NCBI RefSeq assembly: GCF_000142905.1
Contig: NW_013657611.1
Location: forward strand, 70,946 to 134,945
Origin: Thecamonas trahens ATCC 50062
Lineage: Eukaryota; Protista; Apusomonadida
Length of the DNA: 64,000 bases
Direction: 5' to 3'
The notes under the pieces are model-generated. The model had not been told where the DNA came from and ran no database searches. It saw nothing but the letters and a program-made list of their open reading frames with translations. How positions within the stretch are numbered: position 1 is the stretch's first letter; each line of letters begins with the position of its first letter. The position numbers and the translations under genes are program-made. Below are positions 11,357-21,382 of this stretch, in pieces.

Positions 11357-12130
11357 ATGTCGGCAGCGATAAGCGTCAAGTCGCGCTTCGGGAGCAATGC
11401 CGAGGCCACACACCCGCCGATTGTGCACTTTACCCGGTACTACGCCCACGCCCGCGATCGGTCGCAGCGGAGCTCCGAGCGCCAGTTTCCGGGCGTGCAT
11501 AACGCGCTGCTCTCCACCGTGTCGCCCGATGGCTTTCCGGACGCGCGGACCGTCTCACTCCACGAGTACTCTGACGATGGCTTTGTCTTTTGCACCGCCC
11601 GTGGCTCGCCCAAAGCCCGTCAGCTTCTCGCGAGCGGGACGGCGGCACTGACGTTCCTTTGGCCGCCGTCGCAATCGCAGGTGAGGATTATGGGCCGGGT
11701 GACCGAGCAATCGCGCGAGGCGACGCTCGCGCTGTTTGACGCGTGCACGCCCCGCGAGCAGGCCTACTACGTCCGTACCGGCAGCGGCGGCCAGTTCGGC
11801 CAGTCTCAAGTCGTGGCGGTGGTGGAAGATTGCCATGATGCCCAACAGGCGGTCGATGACGCCGGCCCCGAGTATGCCCTACCGGACGGTTGGACTTCGT
11901 TTATCCTCCTCCCGCACGTAGTCGAGTTCCTCTGCCTCGCGCAGGCCTCGCGCATGCGGTACATCCATGTTGAGCGGTGTCGTGAGTCCGGACCGGTCCA
12001 TGTCCTCCATACCCTCCCGCTCGAGGCCGGTGGGGAAGAAGAGGCCGACGCGGGCGAGGGCGAGGGCGAGCTGGCGAGGGGCGGACGCGATGCCGGGCAT
12101 GGATGGTACCGGCAGGATCTGGCCATGTGA
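11357..12130 (+). CDS. Pyridoxamine 5'-phosphate oxidase family protein (PdxH-like, divergent)
   Basis: LSTVSPDGFPDARTVSL...GFVFCT...SPKARQL...AALTFLWP...QVRIMGRV; P-x-x-W and P-x-x-VEF near the C-terminus. Confidence 0.8.
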   Translation: MSAAISVKSRFGSNAEATHPPIVHFTRYYAHARDRSQRSSERQFPGVHNALLSTVSPDGFPDARTVSLHEYSDDGFVFCTARGSPKARQLLASGTAALTFLWPPSQSQVRIMGRVTEQSREATLALFDACTPREQAYYVRTGSGGQFGQSQVVAVVEDCHDAQQAVDDAGPEYALPDGWTSFILLPHVVEFLCLAQASRMRYIHVERCRESGPVHVLHTLPLEAGGEEEADAGEGEGELARGGRDAGHGWYRQDLAM

Positions 12131-12175
12131 ACGAAGCGGTGTCATGTTACTGGCTCACAGGAGTACAGGTGTTAG

Positions 12176-13169
12176 TTACGGGACCGACGAGTACGACGTG
12201 CCCGACGAGGTAACCTGACGGATCTTGTCGTAGGTAAAGGCACAGCCGTCCTTGATGAGGCCCGGGATCGAGGCCCAGAACGACTTGTGCGGAAGGAGGC
12301 CGACGACGCCGCGCTCGCCCTTCTTGTACTGCCAGGCCATGCCGGCAATGAGGTAAACAACAGAGAGGACGAGGGCGATGATGAGGATGATGGAGCCAAG
12401 GGAGAGGCCCGACTTTTGGCCGGCGAGCCGCCGTTACCGCCAGCATTGGGGCACGCGTTGGCGTGCTTTGCCGAGAACGAGTAGACGCACGCGGCGTAGC
12501 CATCGTAGCTGAACTTGAGGTCACCGGTGACAGAGCGATCACAGGTGAGGGTCAGCTTTGCCTGGTTGCCCGAGGGGAGGCAATCACTATCTGTGACGCC
12601 GCCCATAGTAAGGATAAAGCCTTCGTCGGAGGAGCTGGAGAGCGATGAGAAGGAGTACTTTTCGGCACCAAGGATCTTGTTCTCGCTGGCGCCTGGGCCC
12701 CATTCCTGGCACACGGTGATGTCCGACTGACCGCTGCACACCGACGAGGAGAGGGGCTCACAGATGGCGATGTCGTACGTGTACTGTGCGTCCGAGAACA
12801 CATACCCCTTACCACTAAGCACACACACACATACACATGGGTATGTAACCATGAGTCATCTCCACATACCCTCCTTCCCCACCCCCCCCCTTGCCCCGTG
12901 CCGTGGCCAGGTCACGTGAGCCCGTGATGGCCCTCGCACCAGCCATCACACAGGTCACCACCACCATCACCACCATCACTGCCAGTAACAACAGCAGCAG
13001 CAGAAGTAGTATCACACACACACACACACACACACTCGCTTGTTTTGGGAACATACCCGTTGCGAAAGAGGTTAGCGTTGTATGGGGCAAAGCTAGGGCA
13101 CTCGGCATGGGCTACACTGGCTGCAGCAAGTAGGAGCAGGACGGCGGCAAAGGCCAGCTCCCGCGACAT
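12176..13169 (-). CDS. Mannose-6-phosphate receptor / Atg27-like type I membrane protein (one intron, one frameshift)
   Basis: Signal peptide MSRELAFAAVLLLLAAASVAHA in exon 1; GT-AG intron at about 13054-12816; Cys-rich MRH domain (YDIAICEPL, LTLTCD, CVYSFSAKHANAC). After a frameshift at the A4 run (about 12414-12417): TM GLSLGSIILIALVLSVVYLIAGMAW, then PHKSFWASIPGLIKDGCAFT and a YSSV tail. Confidence 0.85.
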
Positions 13170-13254
13170 GATGGCACCTGCTGGCGTTGAGTGGTGGTCG
13201 CTGAGAGGGGGCATGGTGGGGTGGATGTTTGACTGGCTAACCTCGGGTTGGCAG

Positions 13255-14586
13255 CTACACCTGCGCAGCAAGGTAGTCGCGGACAAGCTGCTTGTGGACG
13301 TCCTTGACGACCATGTACTCGGACATGAGAGTGTCGACGGTGTCGGGCGCGGCGCGGGCGCGGGCGGCGGCGACGACGGCGGCAGCACGAGCGCCGGACC
13401 GGCAGTGGACAAGGACCGGCTTGGGGGCGGCGTCAAAGGCGGCAACGGCGGCGGTGAGGTCGGCGACTGTCGGGCCCGACGGCGGGATGGGCGCGGCGGC
13501 AAACGAGAGGCCTGCGGCGGCAACGGCCTCGCCCTCGTTCTCCAGGTGGCCGTCCTCGTTGGCGGCGGCAACGTCGACGATCGAGGCGACCAGCCCCTTG
13601 TCGGCGAGATATGTCAGGTCGTCAGTGGAAAGCCACGGGCCGACGAGAACATCGTTGTCGATGATGCGGAACTTGCCCTGGCGAGCCACAAATTCGTCGA
13701 TGCTGCCAAAGAGGTTGATCGGCATCTTGAGGTAGCGGACGCCGTTGACCTCGGCCTCGGGCAGCTTGCCGGCGCGGACGTTGAGCTGGATGGACGGCAC
13801 AAAGAGGCGCGGGAGCGAGAGCGTGGCGTCACGCTCGGCGCGCCAGTTCACAAACTGCTCCTCGTCCGTCCCCAAGGCAACGTGCTTGTTCGACGCCTTC
13901 TGCGCACCGATGGTCGACTCGAAGACGTAGTCGGATCGGTCGCCGGGCGCGTAGTCGTGGCAGGTGAACAGGCGGGTCTCGTCCGGGAGAGCAAACAGCT
14001 TTTGGACCGAGTTCCAGAGGACCTCAGACGAGCCACCAGGAAAGTCGCAGCGAGCGGTGCCCATGTCGGGCATGAAGATAGTGTCGCCGACAAAGACAGC
14101 GTCGCCCGGCAGGTAGTACGAGACGCACGCCGGGGTATGGCCCGGAGTGGAGAGGACGTTGACCTCGAGCGAGCCGATGGCAAACGTCTCGCCCTCCTTG
14201 AACAGCTTGTCAAAGTCGCGGCCGTCCGGAATGAGATCGCCCCAGTTGAAGACGGTCTTGAAGATGGACTGGACGGTCTTGATGTGCTCGCCAATGCCAG
14301 TCGTCCCGCCGACCTTTGACTGAACATAGCGCGAGGCCGAGATGTGATCAGCATGAGCATGGGTATCCAGAACCCACTCACAACGCAGTTCGCGCTCGTT
14401 GATGACAGCAATGATCTTGTCGACCTCAGTCGTCGAAGTCACGCCGGAAACAGCATTATACTCGAGGACGGAATCAATGACAGCACATGCTGACGTAGTC
14501 TCGTCAATGACAAGGTACTGCGCCGTGTGGGAGTCCGGCTCATGGAAGACAATGACTGTCGCCTTGTTCTCGTTGGTTGCACTCAT
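13255..14586 (-). CDS. Persulfide dioxygenase (ETHE1/Blh MBL fold) fused to a C-terminal DUF442 sulfurtransferase-like domain
   Basis: LDTHAHADHIS, TPGHTPAC, GDTIFMPDMGTARCDFPGG, CHDY, IQLNVRAGKLP...NGVRYLKMPIN; C-terminal PKPVLVHCRSGARA. Confidence 0.9.
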   Translation of the reverse strand: MSATNENKATVIVFHEPDSHTAQYLVIDETTSACAVIDSVLEYNAVSGVTSTTEVDKIIAVINERELRCEWVLDTHAHADHISASRYVQSKVGGTTGIGEHIKTVQSIFKTVFNWGDLIPDGRDFDKLFKEGETFAIGSLEVNVLSTPGHTPACVSYYLPGDAVFVGDTIFMPDMGTARCDFPGGSSEVLWNSVQKLFALPDETRLFTCHDYAPGDRSDYVFESTIGAQKASNKHVALGTDEEQFVNWRAERDATLSLPRLFVPSIQLNVRAGKLPEAEVNGVRYLKMPINLFGSIDEFVARQGKFRIIDNDVLVGPWLSTDDLTYLADKGLVASIVDVAAANEDGHLENEGEAVAAAGLSFAAAPIPPSGPTVADLTAAVAAFDAAPKPVLVHCRSGARAAAVVAAARARAAPDTVDTLMSEYMVVKDVHKQLVRDYLAAQV

Positions 14587-14886
14587 GTTATACAGCAGGT
14601 ATATGAAGTGTGGCAAGACAGAGAGACAGAGAGAGACAGAGAGAGAGAGAGAGAGATAGGTAAGGGTGACGAAACGCTATTCGTTAGTTTGTTCGTTGGC
14701 TGTGTGTGTGTTTGGCCGCAATGGCCGCAGCCCAATCCCCACCCCCCATGGATTTGGCTAAGGTTTTTATGTCTCAATCTCTAAATTGCGGCAGAGGGTT
14801 ATCGTGATTGGCCTCATCAAATCGAGGTGATTTGGGTAGGTGAGGGTCAAGGGTGCAAGGAAGGAGGTGGATATGTATGTTGATTG

Positions 14887-16632
14887 TTAGGCGACAGCGA
14901 GCTCGAAGCGACAGTTGGGACACGAGGGCTTGGAGGAGAGCCAGGGGTGGACGCAGTCCTTGTGGAACACGTGGTCGCAAGGGAGGATGCAGACGGTGTC
15001 GCCGGTGGCAAGGTCATCGATGCAGATCGAGCATGTTCGCGTGCCGAGAGAAAGGTCGGGCTGGTAGGTGGCGAGCGGGAGGAGTGCCAACTGGTCGGGC
15101 GTGAGGCCGACGGGCTGCGGCGGTGGAGCAGGGCTCGGCTCGGGCATCCGGCCAAACATGGCGACGAGCTGCGGCGGGAGAGTGATAGAGATCGAGCTCG
15201 AAGCGCCGAGCGCGTTGAGGCCGTTGACGATGCGGACCATTTCAGTGTAGAGCCGATGGTGCGTGACAAGCTGCTGGACAAGGACAAGCTCGTCGTAGAA
15301 CGACCTCGACTCGGGCGCGGTCGCCGCGGCCGACAACTCGCTCTCGGCGTTGAGCAACTGGCCAAAGACCCGCTCGAGCTGCAGTCGCAACGGGAGAAAG
15401 GCCTCCTGGACTCGAGTCTGCTGGTGGGCAACCACGGCATCGGCGTCAACTTGGTCGTCGTCTGACGAGTCCGAGATGCTGATGGAGAGATCAAAGGCAG
15501 AGCGGGTCGGCGACGGCGGCGGCGACGGCGACGAGGACGACGAGGACGACGACGGGATGTTGGACCAGGGTGCCATAGACCGACGCAGCACATCATCGGC
15601 CGACGCCGCCAAGGCGTCAGGCATGTGGCTGCCGGTGGCAGTCCGTCCGCTCGTGCGCTGCCGGCGGTCCAGACGTCGCCGGTAGCGAGCGATCTCGAGC
15701 GGCGGCGGTGCCGCCAACGACGACGACGACGACGACGACGATGAGAGTGATGATAGCGATGACGACGAGTCCAGAAGCGTGTCGAGGAACGAGAGCCGCG
15801 GCTCGTGCTCATCATCCGAGTCGGACTGGCGAGTGCCGCTGCGAGTGCGAGCGCGGCCGAAGGCTTGGCTGGGAGTGGGTCTGCGCGGGACCGCGGGCGT
15901 CTCTGGCACCCGCTCGCGGGCCTCGAGTCGCTGCGCTGACGCGCTGGCCTCGGCGAGCATGTTGGTCAGTGAGCTCGAATGCTGCATGGACGGCTGGGGA
16001 GCGTCTGCTCGCGCCGGCGGTTGGCGGCGACGTGAGCGATGGCTGCGGCGCGACGGGACCGAGCGAGGAGGCTGCTCCGACGGCAAGGGCGACGACGACG
16101 ACGGAGCGGGCTGGCGGATCCGCCTCGCACGCTCACGCAGTCGCTCCTCGACTCGAGCCTCAACCCGGGCCTCGCGGGCCGCCACCAGCCTCGCGTTGCG
16201 CTGGGCGACGGCATCTGCAGCGCGAGTTGACGCCCGCAGCGTCTCGATCGACGAAGACGACGACGGGGGAGGCGGCTGTGGCTGCGGCTGCGGGCCGCTC
16301 CGCGACCGATGCGCGCTCCGTGAAGGAATGGCCGGCGAGCGAGCACGGGTCGGTGGTGATGGCGAGGATGGGGCCAACAGACTTGCGCGATCTGTGGTCG
16401 ACCGTGAACGGAGGAGTGTGCGGTCTGGTCGAGACCTGTGGTGAAGCGGCCGAGCCTGGCCCCCGTACGACGAGTTGAGCCTGGACAGCGAGGACAACGA
16501 CGACATGGGAGTGCCTTGCTGCTGGGGTGATTCAGGAGCCATCCTTGGCGCTGTCCGTGGCGCGCCCAATGAACGCGCAGAGCGCAGCTGGGGAGGTGGG
16601 GTGCGGCCGTGGTGTTCGCTGGCTGTTGTCAT
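14887..16632 (-). CDS. RING-H2 E3 ubiquitin ligase with long disordered N-terminus
   Basis: C-terminal CSICIDDL...LPCDHVFHKDCVHPWL...SCPNCR; first plausible ATG at 16632. Confidence 0.85.
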   Translation of the reverse strand: MTTASEHHGRTPPPQLRSARSLGAPRTAPRMAPESPQQQGTPMSSLSSLSRLNSSYGGQARPLHHRSRPDRTLLRSRSTTDRASLLAPSSPSPPTRARSPAIPSRSAHRSRSGPQPQPQPPPPSSSSSIETLRASTRAADAVAQRNARLVAAREARVEARVEERLRERARRIRQPAPSSSSPLPSEQPPRSVPSRRSHRSRRRQPPARADAPQPSMQHSSSLTNMLAEASASAQRLEARERVPETPAVPRRPTPSQAFGRARTRSGTRQSDSDDEHEPRLSFLDTLLDSSSSLSSLSSSSSSSSSLAAPPPLEIARYRRRLDRRQRTSGRTATGSHMPDALAASADDVLRRSMAPWSNIPSSSSSSSSPSPPPSPTRSAFDLSISISDSSDDDQVDADAVVAHQQTRVQEAFLPLRLQLERVFGQLLNAESELSAAATAPESRSFYDELVLVQQLVTHHRLYTEMVRIVNGLNALGASSSISITLPPQLVAMFGRMPEPSPAPPPQPVGLTPDQLALLPLATYQPDLSLGTRTCSICIDDLATGDTVCILPCDHVFHKDCVHPWLSSKPSCPNCRFELAVA

Positions 16633-16838
16633 GCGTCGAGGAGGGGGACGAGGGCCACGGGTATGGTGTGCACGGGCATGGGTATGTGTTCGCTGGGGAG
16701 CTCCCGACGTGGAACTGGACCTGAACAACAACTGCACCGGAGTCCGAGTCCGCGCACTTGCGTTAAGCGCATGCCGGCTCGGGTGCGGCATATGGGCGGA
16801 GGAGGCGTGGGGAGAGGGGAGAATCTTCCCTTGTCCCA

Positions 16839-16994
16839 CACCACCATCGATTGTTTGTTGTTCCAATAGTCGTAGCCCACCCACCGACTGCCACTCACCA
16901 CCACCATCGATTGTTTGTTGTTCCAATAGTCGTAGCCCACCCACCGACTGCCACTCACCACCACCATCGATTGTTTGTTGTTCCAATAGTCGTA
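16839..16994. repeat. Perfect 60-bp tandem repeat, about 2.6 copies
   Basis: Unit ccaccatcgattgtttgttgttccaatagtcgtagcccacccaccgactgccactcacca at 16841 and 16901, partial copy at 16961. Confidence 0.95.
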
Positions 16995-17040
16995 ATCGTC
17001 CACACCCCTCCCTCGCCCCCTCCCCCCCCCCCACACACAC

Positions 17041-18764
17041 ATGTCCCAAATCAACACCGCGTTTGTGCTGGACGCATGCGTGGTCGACGTTCCGGTGTTA
17101 GACAGAGCAGTCTTCCGCCAATGGCTAGCAGGCCGCTCAGGTAGGCCCACCTTCCCCCCCCTCCCCCCCCTCCCACCCACCCCCTCCCACCCCCTCCTCA
17201 CCCTCACCCTCTCCACACAGTGGCAGAAGCTACCAACGCACGGATGGAAGAGCTGCGAGTCAATGCGCAAACTGGACGGGGATTTGTGCTTGCCGATGTG
17301 AGGGATCAGTTCCGGTCGTTCAAGGTGCTGCAGCCGTACCTGGCCAAGCCGCAGCATCTGGCCATGCAGATGATGCTTACGGTGTCTGTGGCGGACACGC
17401 GGTGGCTGTTGGAGGAGTACTACTCGTTTGATGGTCCGGTATTCAGAGAAGTGGTCGGAAAGAAGCTCTCGTCTAAGACTCGCCGCGATCTGGATGATGT
17501 GGCCGAGCGGAGCCACGTCGAGCTAGTCTCCTGCCAACGACAGTTTGACAACCTCCGCACCATCTTTATCACCTGCGAGCAGTTTCTCCAACACGCGGCC
17601 GAGAACTCTGACAAGCCGTTTGTTCTCGCCCACTCGTACACTGTCGGAGATCTCCGCCGCGCTCCACACGTCCACAGTGAGTCCAACACTCCGCTGGGAT
17701 CACCGTCTTCGCCGCTCCACACCCGCTCGCTCGGCAACGCAGCGCAGTTTGATGCCGCCGTTGCGTCACGGACCTCGTCGTGGGCCTCACGCGGAAGCCC
17801 TTCGCCGACTGCTGCCGCCGCCGTCGATGCCTTTGGCCCGCCGACTCAGCGCGCGTCGGCCGGCGACCTCGCACATCGTCCGCTGTCGGGCGAGATGGGC
17901 CCGCCGCCACCGCACACGACGCGATCGGCCGGCGCCTCGCAGAACAACTCGCTCGAGCTGCTCCAGCTTCCGCAGTACGGCGGTGGAGGAGCCGGCGATG
18001 ACGGCGGGTCGTCCGGGCGGGTCACGCCCGACGCCGCCGAGCCGTCGCCGGCCATGGCGGGCACTGATGGCACCTCGTGGCAGCTCGCCTTTGCACCGGG
18101 CACCTCGCTCAACGCTGTTGTCGCCACAACCTTTGTCATTCCGCCGTCGCTCGCCGATCGCTACGTCCGCGCCCTCGTCATTGTGGGCAACCGCATCGAG
18201 GTCTCCAAGAAGCGGCTAGCCTTTCTCCGCTACGGCGACCTCGACGCAGTTGCGGCCATCATTGCTGAACAGTGGATCCAGCCGTCGGCCTCGTCGTCAT
18301 CATCCGGCATGCAAACCTGGCGCCTCGACGCCCGCTTTGCCGACGCTCTCCGCGACGTCAAGTCGCTGCTGCAAGACCGCGAGGTGCTCGACACCTACCG
18401 GCGGCTCGCTCTCTCGCGGCTCGCCACCTCGCCAGGCTTCTCGGACCAGGTCCTTGCCGCCATCAAAGCCAAGCTCAAGGAGCTCCTCCGCTCGCTCATC
18501 TCCATCGGTGGCGGGCTCTGTCAACCCAAGGAGTTCCGCGACGTCCTCCTTGATCTCTTTGACGGCCCTGTCGAGCTCTTTGCCGCGGCCTCGGTCTCAG
18601 TTGATCAGGTCCACCACGTCTTTACCGTCCTCCAGCAGACCTTTTCCGGTCTCGACGAGCTCCAAGTCCGCAATCGCCGCTCGTTCCTCATGCCCTGGCG
18701 CCGCTACCTCGCCGGCGCCCGTGACATCACCACCTTTCTCCTCCGCCGCTACCCCACGAGCTAG
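17041..18764 (+). CDS. FIBP: Acidic FGF intracellular binding protein (intron 17141-17220)
   Basis: Exon 1 ends VLDRAVFRQWLAGRS; phase-1 GT-AG intron; LLEEYYSFDGPVFREVVGKKLSSKTRRDLDDVA...SCQRQFDNL matches the FIBP core. Confidence 0.9.
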
Positions 18765-19069
18765 TCGCTCCGCGCCTCGCCCCTCTCCGTCCGCCCACGA
18801 CCAATACTTAACACATGCCCTTGCAACTGTTGTTGTCTCCCCCAAATGCAGTCACTACTTTCCGACATCGCCCGCCTCATCGCGCATGACATGCCCGCCT
18901 GTCAACCCAACCCGCCCGCCCTCCCACCGCTGATTGCCCTCTCACGCGCGAAGTCGCACTCGTCTCCCAAACCCTCCTCCCAACACACACACTACACACT
19001 ACACACTACACACCACACACCACACCACACCACACCACCACCAACATCTCCACCAGCATCTCCACACAC

Positions 19070-20667
19070 ATGGACGTCTCCCTCCAGGGCCTGTCCCTGC
19101 GGCGACTGCGCATTCCCTCGGACGTGCTCCCGCTGGTCTCCCCAGCACCCACCGCACAGCCACTGTGGTCGACAGGCACAGCCACGCCCCCACCACCACC
19201 ACCACCACCACCTCTACCACTACCGCTACCACTGCTACCGCTACTCCGACAGGAAACCCGCTGTCGCTCAGTCTGACCCCGTCTGGCACGCCGAACACTC
19301 CGGCCAAGCCGCCTTCCGTCGACCCGTTCTCCCCGCTGCAGACCCGGTCATCAAGGAAGCGGAAACGGTCTGCCGAGGAATCCGCCGCATTGGGCAGTCC
19401 CAAGTGCTCTGCACGGGCGTCGGCGGTGGGTGCTAGCTCGGCGAGGAGATTGATGGGCGATATCACTTCGCTCGACGTGTCATACAACTCGCTAACCAAC
19501 CTGCCGTCGCAGCTGGTCAATCTCTCGGCGCTGGCCGCGCTCGACGCGTCCAACAACAGGATTGGTCTTCGTGGAACGTCGTTGCCAGACGCGCTGAGCG
19601 GCCTGCGCAACCTCACCCGCCTCGATCTTTCGTGGAACCGGCTGACAAAGCTCGCGCCGGTGCTGGGCGCGCTTCCGGCGTTGACCTACCTCAACCTGGC
19701 TGACAATCGGCTTCAGGAAGTGTCGGACTCGCTCGGAGGCCTCGCGAGCACGCTGCGGACTCTCAACATTGACGGCAACGAGGAGATTGGCAAGTTTCCG
19801 CCCGTCATTTCCAAGCTCACTTCGCTCACCGAGCTGTACATGGATGCAACGTCGCTGTCCAAGATTCCTGGCACCCTCTCGCGGCTGACCAAGCTCCATT
19901 CGCTCACGCTCGCCGACAACAAGCTCGGCCCGGGCTCGTGTGCCGCAAGCCTCTCCAACCTGGTCTCGCTCCACAACCTAGTCCTTGACTCGAACAGCCT
20001 CCGCGCGGTGCCGTCGTTTGTCTCGGCGCTGCCCCAGCTGGCGTGGCTCTCGCTGCGCTCCAACCCCATCGCCTCGCTTGCGCCGCTGGTCCGTGTCACC
20101 TCGCTCGCCGAGCTCGACGTTCAAGACACCCACATCGAGACGCTTCCGGCACGCTTTGCCTCGCTGCCATCGCTGACCTACATCGGCGCCGACTCGACCG
20201 AGCTCTGCGAGCTGCCGCCGGCGCTGGACGCCGCCATGACCTCGGGCCGCCTCGCCATTGGCCTGCCGTACCACATGCGGCCGACCGACCCGCCGGCAGC
20301 GGTCTCACCTATGACTTCGCGCGCCTTTCGGCTCCGGCATCGCCACAACGCACGTGCACCCAAGAGCCCGCCTAAGCCGCGCGCGCCGTCGCCGCCCATC
20401 GATCGCACCATCTCATTTGCAGAGCCCGCCTCCATCGCCTCTGTTTGCTACTTTGACCGCTCCGAGACGCCTTCGATGATCGGCCGCTCGTCCTGCCCGC
20501 GCGTCCGCATCACTGAACCGGCTCCGCCGGCCCTCAACCTCTCTGCCGACAACGGAAGCGGCGCTGATGATGGCCAACCCGCAGCTGCAGGCGTGGAGGA
20601 CCACGACGCCAGCTCGTCGTCGGCCGCCTCGCTCTCGCTCGACTCGCCGACGCGTTTTAAACCCTAA
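19070..20667 (+). CDS. Leucine-rich repeat protein (start uncertain; probable 5' frameshift)
   Basis: About 11 LxxLxLxxN repeats from 19460 to 20230. ORF 18934-20667 has no early ATG; the ATG at 19070 (MDVSLQGLSLRRL) is in another frame. Confidence 0.8.
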
Positions 20668-21191
20668 CGGTACGGTCGTTCGGACCCGTTGTTGCGCGTC
20701 TTGAAGTGAATTACTTGATGATGCTTGACTTCCAGGTCACCGGCCGACGCTGCGCGACGCCTGCTTGGCCTGCGGCTTGAGGTGGAAGGCGCACCCGCAC
20801 GTGATGGCGGCTGACACGTAGACGCCCGCCCGAAGGAAGCCCGACCTGGGAGCATGGGCGAGGCACGCGATGTGCCGTACGGTGCCGATCCGGAGGACCG
20901 GCGGGCGCGGACGGTGCGGAGCTTGTCATTGACGACCCCGAAGACCGGGAACGAGAGCATGACAGAGTTGAACACAGTGGCCGGACGGGAAAGCGCGAGG
21001 ACGTCTTGCGATGGGCGAGCTTGCCGGTCAAGTCCGCGCCGTCGCGCAAGCGGAAGCGCACCTCTGCAGCGGCTGCTCGTCATCACCACTTTCCCCAACA
21101 AGCCGCTCTGCGACGCGACTGCCTCGCCTTCCGGAAGCTTCATGGTAAGCGATCGCGGCCGCGGACCATTTGCGCCGCGTGCAGCGTCCAT
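20664..21191 (-). CDS. Hypothetical basic protein
   Basis: 175-aa ATG ORF filling the gap between two genes; its stop overlaps the LRR stop; no recognisable domain. Confidence 0.4.
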   Translation of the reverse strand: MDAARGANGPRPRSLTMKLPEGEAVASQSGLLGKVVMTSSRCRGALPLARRRGLDRQARPSQDVLALSRPATVFNSVMLSFPVFGVVNDKLRTVRARRSSGSAPYGTSRASPMLPGRASFGRASTCQPPSRAGAPSTSSRRPSRRRAASAGDLEVKHHQVIHFKTRNNGSERPYR

Positions 21192-21382
21192 CTCTGCATC
21201 GCCGACTGTGGTCTGTTGTGGCAGCCATTAACACATTGTACTACTCTTTTACCACGGTCGATGGACGTTGCGACCTCTGTGGAGCGTCGCGGAGCGCGGC
21301 TTGCGCGATGGACAAGTGTGTCCATTCCGTACCGTAAAGGGCTAAGTGGTCCAACCGTAGCCGCGTCTTTGTGCTGCGGCGC

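Noticed and set aside
16839-16994. CRISPR-like array (about 34-bp repeat, three copies)
   Set aside because: The intervening segments are identical, the context is eukaryotic and there are no cas genes; it is a plain 60-bp tandem repeat.
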